Positions 58,598 to 64,000 of a DNA stretch of 64,000 bases are shown one piece after another. This DNA is from Candidatus Omnitrophota bacterium (lineage in GTDB: Bacteria > Omnitrophota > Gorgyraeia > DTHP01). The notes beneath the pieces were generated by a model that was not told the origin of the DNA, made no database searches, and saw only the letters and a program-made list of their open reading frames with translations. Numbering within the stretch: the first letter of the stretch is position 1; each line of letters starts with the position of its first letter. The stretch spans positions 154,474 to 218,473 of the forward strand of contig JAMWCW010000001.1 of the NCBI GenBank assembly GCA_023819145.1. Reading direction: 5' to 3'. A program made the position numbers and the translations under genes.

Positions 58598-59818
58598 ATG
58601 CCTAAATATTTCTACCGTGCCCGTGACGAACAGGGAAAACTCATCGAAAAAACTACTGAGGCGGTTTCACAGGAACAGTTATTTAAGAATTTAAGCGCCA
58701 GCGGCTATTTTGTCATTGATATTGAAGAGAAAGAAGAGCTTATCTTTAAAACCCAACCCTCCTTTTCTTTAAATTTCCTAAAAAAAGTCAAACCCCGCGA
58801 CCTCATTGTCTTTACCCGTCAACTGGCGACTATGCTTCATGCTGGCGTTGCCTTTCTTGATGCTTTAAGCACCATTGGTGAGCAGACCGAGAATCTTAAA
58901 TTAAAAACCGTCATTAAAGACATTACCCGCTTAGTCAAAGAAGGTTCTTTATTTTCCAAAGCTCTGGCTAAATATCCCGCGATTTTTAACCAGCTCTATA
59001 CAAGTATGGTTGAAGTAGGGGAGGCAACGGGAACCTTAGAAGAGGTCTTAAACCGCATTGTTTTTATTATGGAACGTGATGAAGAGACCCGTGCTAAAAT
59101 AAAATCCGCACTCACTTACCCCGTAATTATTATCGTTATTGTCATTGGCGTGGTGGGCTTTCTTACCACCTTTGTCTTTCCCAAGTTTATTACTATTTTC
59201 CAGCAGGCAGGAATCACCCTTCCTCTTCCCACCCAACTGCTCTTTATGTTCAGCAATTTAGCCAAAAAACTCTGGATTCTCTGGCTGGCGGTAGTTTTTA
59301 TCGGGCTCTATCTGCTTAAGCGCTACCGCAAGACAGAAATCGGTCGTTATACCACTGACAAATTAATGCTTTCCTTGCCTTTAATGGGGAATTTAATTAA
59401 AAAGATTGTCTTAAGCCGCTTTACGCGGACGCTCGCTACCCTCTATGCCAGTGGTGTGCCTATTTTACGCTCGTTAGAGATTGTTGAACGCGGAATACCC
59501 AATTCCGTGTTGATCAAAATTATCCGCAAGATTCACGAAGATGTACGCGAAGGAAAATCCCTTGCCAAACCAATGAGCCAACACAAGGAATTTCCGCCGA
59601 TGATGGTGCAGATGATTGCCGTAGGCGAAGAAACCGGTTCTATTTCCGATATGCTTAATGAGGTTTCCCGTTCTTACGAAACCGAAGTAGAATACGCCTT
59701 AAAGAACCTTACTACTGCCATTGAACCGCTTTTAATTGTCTTTATGGGAGTAATTGTGGGCTTCACCGCTTTATCTTTATTCTTACCGATGTTTGATATG
59801 ATGAAGATGGTGAAATAG
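58598..59818 (+). CDS. pilC: Type IV pilus/T2SS platform protein (PilC/GspF)
   Basis: FTRQLATM, GEATG.L, SALTYP, GEETG, IEPLLIV, FLPMF. Confidence 0.9.
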   Translation: MPKYFYRARDEQGKLIEKTTEAVSQEQLFKNLSASGYFVIDIEEKEELIFKTQPSFSLNFLKKVKPRDLIVFTRQLATMLHAGVAFLDALSTIGEQTENLKLKTVIKDITRLVKEGSLFSKALAKYPAIFNQLYTSMVEVGEATGTLEEVLNRIVFIMERDEETRAKIKSALTYPVIIIVIVIGVVGFLTTFVFPKFITIFQQAGITLPLPTQLLFMFSNLAKKLWILWLAVVFIGLYLLKRYRKTEIGRYTTDKLMLSLPLMGNLIKKIVLSRFTRTLATLYASGVPILRSLEIVERGIPNSVLIKIIRKIHEDVREGKSLAKPMSQHKEFPPMMVQMIAVGEETGSISDMLNEVSRSYETEVEYALKNLTTAIEPLLIVFMGVIVGFTALSLFLPMFDMMKMVK

Positions 59819-59832
59819 AATGCATTTTTTTC

Positions 59833-59861
59833 TTGACAACCCCCCGTCTTTTTGTTATATT
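59833..59861 (+). promoter_or_regulatory. Putative sigma70 promoter of the porin gene (about 240-nt leader)
   Basis: TTGACA-17nt-TATATT with an extended -10 TG. Confidence 0.7.
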
Positions 59862-59891
59862 TATAACCAATAAAATTCGTTCTTTTTAGAA

Positions 59892-59926
59892 GAATTTCGG
59901 ATTTAGGGTTTCGAGTTTTGAGTTTA
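59892..59926 (+). repeat. 5 x 7-nt intergenic repeat
   Basis: gaatttc ggattta gggtttc gagtttt gagttta. Confidence 0.65.
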
Positions 59927-59935
59927 AGTAATGGG

Positions 59936-60024
59936 CTTTACCACCGTGGATAACTTCAAATCCCGGCAGGAAAGGAGGGGAAACTAAGAAACGCCAAGAA
60001 GTTATCTCTCAAACGGTGATAAAG
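59936..60024 (+). ncRNA. Candidate structured leader RNA (unclassified)
   Basis: CTTTACCACCGT pairs with ACGGTGATAAAG (1 mismatch); GATAACTTC pairs perfectly with GAAGTTATC; purine-rich inner loop. Confidence 0.45.
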
Positions 60025-60107
60025 ATATATAAGTTGAAACAGAAGATTTTTCCAGAAAAAAATTAATCTGGTTTAAGTAAGAGAACACAATAGGAGGGAG
60101 AAAAAAA

Positions 60108-61529
60108 ATGAGTAAAAAATTAACCTTAATTTTGGCTTTAGTAATTGTCGGCGGAATTTGTCTGCCCGCATTTGCTGAAGTCCAGAATGTTAAGGTCAGC
60201 GGAGATATTACCGTTTATGGCATCTACCGCGATGAGTATGATTTGGATAGCCGAAAGGGCGATGGCTCCGAATCCGAATATGATGACAATGCCTTTTACG
60301 CATCCATCGCCAGAGTAAGAATTGATGCTGACCTCACCGACAATGTCGGAGCAACCATCAGGTTGCTTAATGAAAGAGTCTGGGATGTAGAAGACTCTTG
60401 CTCGGATGACACAAGTATGAATTTAGATTTAGCCTATATCACCCTAAAAGAGTTCCTCTATTGTCCTTTGACCTTAACCATTGGTCGTCAGAATTTAAAG
60501 TTTGGTTCAGGTCTGGTTGTGGGTGATCCGGACACCAATGCGGCAGTAGGTTCCACCGCTCTTGATGGGACCATTGCTGAGGACTTAAGTGCCCGCAAAG
60601 CCTTTGATGCCATTCGTGCCACCTTAGACTATTCACCCTTTACTATTGATTTAATCCTCGCCAAGATTAACGAAGTAGACCAAACTGGTTCTACTAATAA
60701 TGGGGTAGAAGATGAGGACCTTTATGGGGTAAATGTTGCCTACAATGTGGGACAATACAATTCGGTAGTGGAAGGATACCTTTTTGTGAAGGATGCTGAT
60801 ACCGAATCTACAGATACAACTCTTACTGGTTTATCTCCCAGTGGCGACATTTATACTCTCGGTTTGCGTGGTGGACTTGAGCCAGTTAAGGGCTTAACCC
60901 TTACCGGTGAAGTTGCCTATCAGTTTGGTAAAGCACGGGAAGCCGGTGGGACGGAAAGAAAGCAAAGAGCTTGGGCTCTGGACTTAGACGGCGGTTATGT
61001 CTGGGATAATGAATATACCCCGGGCATTGGTTTAGGTTATTCCTATCGTTCGGGTCAAGACCCGGCAGTAACCACTGGCAAATACAAGGCATGGAATCCC
61101 ATGTATGAAGACCAGACCCAAGGAATTATTGCCGATTACATCCTTGCCGGTGTGAACAATGGGGTAACTTCTAATGCCTCCATTATCAAGGCTTATGGTT
61201 CGGTAAAACCAATCAAGGATGTTACTTTATCCGCTAATTACTACAACTATCGTTTAGTCAAGGCCTTGGTAAGCGCTGATGACAGTTCGTATGATGGATA
61301 TACAGATTCAGGTACCACTCTTGGAACCGTTTATATGAACAAGAGCAAAGCCTTAGGAGACGAAATTGACTTAGGCCTGACCTACAACTATACTGAAGAT
61401 GTGAGTTTTGGTTTAACTGCTGGTTGGTTCTTCCCGGGTAAGGCACTTAAGGGTAAGGACGGTAATGGTGAGAAAGCCAACGATGATACCGCTACTTCCA
61501 TCATCGGTTCGGTCAAGGTGGTCTTCTAA
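60108..61529 (+). CDS. Alginate-export (AlgE-like) outer-membrane beta-barrel porin
   Basis: Signal peptide AFA-E, RVRIDADLTDNV, LTIGRQ.L.FG.G, FDAIR, LGDEIDL...Y.YTEDV, terminal F. Confidence 0.8.
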   Translation: MSKKLTLILALVIVGGICLPAFAEVQNVKVSGDITVYGIYRDEYDLDSRKGDGSESEYDDNAFYASIARVRIDADLTDNVGATIRLLNERVWDVEDSCSDDTSMNLDLAYITLKEFLYCPLTLTIGRQNLKFGSGLVVGDPDTNAAVGSTALDGTIAEDLSARKAFDAIRATLDYSPFTIDLILAKINEVDQTGSTNNGVEDEDLYGVNVAYNVGQYNSVVEGYLFVKDADTESTDTTLTGLSPSGDIYTLGLRGGLEPVKGLTLTGEVAYQFGKAREAGGTERKQRAWALDLDGGYVWDNEYTPGIGLGYSYRSGQDPAVTTGKYKAWNPMYEDQTQGIIADYILAGVNNGVTSNASIIKAYGSVKPIKDVTLSANYYNYRLVKALVSADDSSYDGYTDSGTTLGTVYMNKSKALGDEIDLGLTYNYTEDVSFGLTAGWFFPGKALKGKDGNGEKANDDTATSIIGSVKVVF

Positions 61530-61558
61530 GCGGGTTTAGCTTCTCTGGTGGTTTTAAA

Positions 61559-61600
61559 AAGACCCCGCCCCCAAGTACAATGAGGGCGGGGTTCTTGTTT
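61559..61600 (+). terminator. Rho-independent terminator after the porin gene
   Basis: AAGACCCCGCCC...GGGCGGGGTTCTT followed by GTTT. Confidence 0.7.
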
Positions 61601-61621
61601 AAAAGGGGCCAGACCCCTTTT
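61601..61621. repeat. REP-like palindrome upstream of RAYT
   Basis: AAAAGGGGCCAGACCCCTTTT, one mismatch from the reverse complement of the downstream copy. Confidence 0.8.
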
Positions 61622-61651
61622 TGCCTGTCCCTTTTTTAGTTGATTTTTCAC

Positions 61652-61681
61652 TTGCAATTTTTGCTTTTTATTTTTTATAAT
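61652..61681 (+). promoter_or_regulatory. Putative leaderless promoter of RAYT
   Basis: TTGCAA-18nt-TATAAT, 7 nt before the ATG at 61689, no RBS. Confidence 0.5.
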
Positions 61682-61688
61682 AATATCT

Positions 61689-62360
61689 ATGCCTCGTGCA
61701 CCACGTGTATATTTTCCAGGCGCAGTATTTCATATTATTCAAAGAGGTAATAACCAACAAGAGATTTTCTTAGATGATAAGGATTACTGGCATTACCTTA
61801 AACTTCTTTTAGAGGCAAAGAAAGAATTTGGTGTTCTTGTTTATGGGTATGTGTTAATGCCTAATCATATTCACCTTATTCTTGAAACTCCCAACGAAAA
61901 CCCTATTTCTGAAATTATGAAATTTATTGGAGGAAGTTACGCAATATATTTCAACAAGAAATATAATCGCGTCGGTCATTTATTTCAAGGGAGGTTTAAA
62001 AGTATCTTAGTAGAGAAGGAATCTTATCTTTTAGAACTTTCTCGTTATCTTCATTTAAACCCTGTAAAAGCAGGGTTGGCTAAATCTCCCGAAGCTTATA
62101 AATGGACAAGTTTTAATATTTATACTGGAGAGAAAAGAGATTTATTAGTAGATACAAATTTCATTTTAGATTTATTTAATTTCAAAGACGAAGAAGAGAA
62201 AAGAGTTGCCTATAAATTGTTTGTGTTGGAAGGAATTAAGGAACTAGATAGAAAAGAAGACTGGTTAAAGAAGCATCTTAAATATCAACGTTTTCTTGCC
62301 ACAGCCAGCTTTATCGAAAAAATTAAAAGGGGTCTGACCCCTTTTAATGACCCCTTTTAA
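61689..62360 (+). mobile_element. REP-associated tyrosine transposase (RAYT, Y1 HUH family)
   Basis: FHIIQRGNN, LMPNHIH (HUH), GHLFQGRFKS, RYLHLNPVKAG, Y.WTS; flanked by palindromes. Confidence 0.9.
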
Positions 62361-62390
62361 TAATGACCCCTTTTAATAACTGACCCTTTT
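62322..62390. repeat. REP-like palindrome plus three extra right-half copies
   Basis: ATTAAAAGGGGTC-T-GACCCCTTTTAAT (62322-62348); TGACCCCTTTTAA again at 62348 and 62364; TGACCCTTTT at 62381. Confidence 0.85.
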
Positions 62391-62400
62391 TGGAGGGGAG

Positions 62401-64000
62401 ATGCTTTATTTGGCTTTTCTCTGGCACATGCATCAACCTTACTACCGGAACCTCTTGACCGGTGAAGTTTACCTTCCTTGGGTAAGACTTCATGGAATTA
62501 AGGATTACTTGGATATGCTTATTATACTGGAGCGCTACCCCAAGATTAAAGCCAATTTCAATTTAGTGCCTTCGTTGATTGACCAGCTTGAAGGTTATAC
62601 CCAAGGAACGGTTAAAGATGTTTATTTAGAAATTTCCCGCAAAAACGCCGAGGAGTTAACTACCGAAGACAAAATCTTTATTCTCTCCAAATTTTTCACC
62701 CTTAACTGGCACACCATGCTTAAGCCCTATCCCCGTTACAGTGAATTACTTAACAAACGGGGAGAATTCTTGAATTCCCGCGATGTTTCCCGCGCTTTAA
62801 AGAATTTTACTCTCCAGGACTTTCGCGACCTAATCACTTGGTTTAATCTCTCTTGGTTTGACCCCTATTTTAAAGAGCATATCCCTGAGTTGAAGGAGTT
62901 AGTTAATAAAGGCAAGCGTTTTACCGAAGAAGAGAAGAATTTGGTTCTGGAAAAACAGATCGAAATTTTAAAACAAATTCTTCCCAAATACAAAGCATTA
63001 GAGGAGACAGGCCAAATTGAAATAAGCGTAACCCCTTATTACCATCCGATTATGCCCTTAATTTTAGATTCTGATGCAAGTCGCGAAGCCCTCCCCAATA
63101 TACCTCTTCCTTCACAGCGCATTCAATTTCCTGAAGATTTAACTTGGCAGATTGAAAGTGCGGTAGAGAAGTATAGAGGCTATTTTGGCAAAAGACCTCA
63201 AGGGATGTGGCCATCAGAAGGATCGGTTTCCGAAGCGATTTTACCCTTTCTGATGAAGGCAGGGATAAACTGGATTGCCTCCGATGAGGAAATTCTCTGG
63301 CGTTCTTTAAAGCATGCCAAGTCCGATGAGCTTCTGTATCAGCCCTATCTTTTAGAGCGCAACCAAGGGAGATTAAACATTGTTTTTCGCAACCATACCC
63401 TTTCGGACTTAATTGGTTTTGTCTATCATCACTGGAATCATAAGGATGCAGTTGAGGATTTCTTGGGACGGCTGAGGAAAATTAGAGACACTCTTCCCAA
63501 AAACAGAAACTATCTTCTCCCTATCATCTTAGATGGGGAGAATGCTTGGGAGTATTATCAGCGCGATGGCTGGGACTTTCTTAACTTGCTCTATACCCGA
63601 CTCTCGGAAGAAGAAGGAGAAATTGTCTCTACTACTATCAGTGGTTTCTTAAGCGCCAATCCTCCTAAGGAAAATATCGGAAGACTCTTTGCGGGTTCCT
63701 GGATTAACGGAAATTTTTCCATCTGGATTGGCCAGGAGGAGAAGAATCTCTCCTGGGATTATCTTTTCCGAACGCGTAAGAACCTCGTAGAATTCTTGAA
63801 AAATAACCCCCAAGTTAAAGATTCTCCCGAGGCAAAACTTGCTTGGCAGAATATCTATGCCGCCGAAGGAAGCGATTGGAATTGGTGGTATGGACCGGAA
63901 CACGTCTCGGTGAACAACGAGGAGTTTGATAAAATCTACCGCACCCACTTAGCCAATGTCTATATTACTTTGGGTAGAGAAATTCCTGAGTTTTTGAAAG
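62401..64000 (+). CDS. Glycoside hydrolase family 57 (amylopullulanase-like), truncated by the window end
   Basis: MLYLAFLWHMHQPYY, LPWVRLH..KDY, PYYHPIMPL, GMWPSEGS, ILDGENAWE, AEGSDW.WW; RBS GGAGG; not in the ORF track because there is no stop in the window. Confidence 0.92.
   Translation, partial: MLYLAFLWHMHQPYYRNLLTGEVYLPWVRLHGIKDYLDMLIILERYPKIKANFNLVPSLIDQLEGYTQGTVKDVYLEISRKNAEELTTEDKIFILSKFFTLNWHTMLKPYPRYSELLNKRGEFLNSRDVSRALKNFTLQDFRDLITWFNLSWFDPYFKEHIPELKELVNKGKRFTEEEKNLVLEKQIEILKQILPKYKALEETGQIEISVTPYYHPIMPLILDSDASREALPNIPLPSQRIQFPEDLTWQIESAVEKYRGYFGKRPQGMWPSEGSVSEAILPFLMKAGINWIASDEEILWRSLKHAKSDELLYQPYLLERNQGRLNIVFRNHTLSDLIGFVYHHWNHKDAVEDFLGRLRKIRDTLPKNRNYLLPIILDGENAWEYYQRDGWDFLNLLYTRLSEEEGEIVSTTISGFLSANPPKENIGRLFAGSWINGNFSIWIGQEEKNLSWDYLFRTRKNLVEFLKNNPQVKDSPEAKLAWQNIYAAEGSDWNWWYGPEHVSVNNEEFDKIYRTHLANVYITLGREIPEFLK

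Noticed and set aside
59931-59987. MGFTTVD as a prepilin (GFTLxE) remnant after pilC
   Set aside because: No hydrophobic helix follows, there is no RBS, and the sequence forms part of the leader stem.
62322-62390. Short direct repeats as a CRISPR array
   Set aside because: Units are 13 nt with 0-4 nt between them, there are no unique spacers and no cas genes; better explained as REP half-sites.
63649-63948. Minus-strand 99-aa ORF, and the many other short antisense ORFs in the track
   Set aside because: Shadow frames of well-supported genes on the opposite strand (here GH57), with no motifs.
1-64000. Genome-wide stop-codon reassignment suggested by the in-frame TAG
   Set aside because: TAG, TGA and TAA all end conserved genes at the expected positions (e.g. 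rimO TAG, recA TGA), so standard code 11 fits.

Overview
A 64 kb piece of an AT-rich bacterial chromosome with almost all genes on the + strand. Gene content (Minf_1886-type protein, AlgE-like porin, PilB/PilC, Rex, ApbE) suggests a diderm anaerobe of the PVC group, possibly Omnitrophota; this is inference only. Most of it is housekeeping: rpsO-pnp-ftsK-rodZ-rimO-pgsA, cinA/thpR (inverted), recA-degP-recX-alaS, hisD-B-A-I plus trpE-G-D-C-F, miaB-miaA-hflX, thyA-glgC-panE, rex-apbE, pilB-pilC, a porin, and a GH57 gene running off the end. I saw no rRNA, tRNA or CRISPR array. The most striking unexplained structure lies between trpF and miaB: three copies of the miaB 5' end (34698, 38712 and the functional one at 40027) separated by two blocks of accessory genes. 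This pattern fits repeated insertion into the RTFGCQMN codons of miaB, each insert supplying a replacement 5' end, but no integrase is visible. Other highlights: a nucleotidyltransferase TA-like pair with tandem palindromic operators; a RAYT transposase with REP-like palindromes and iterated half-sites; a CHASE2-PP2C pseudo-phosphatase paired with a degenerate PD-(D/E)xK protein; a TMEM65-like membrane protein; a gene with an in-frame TAG; 7-nt repeats embedded in miaB; and a long structured leader before the porin gene.
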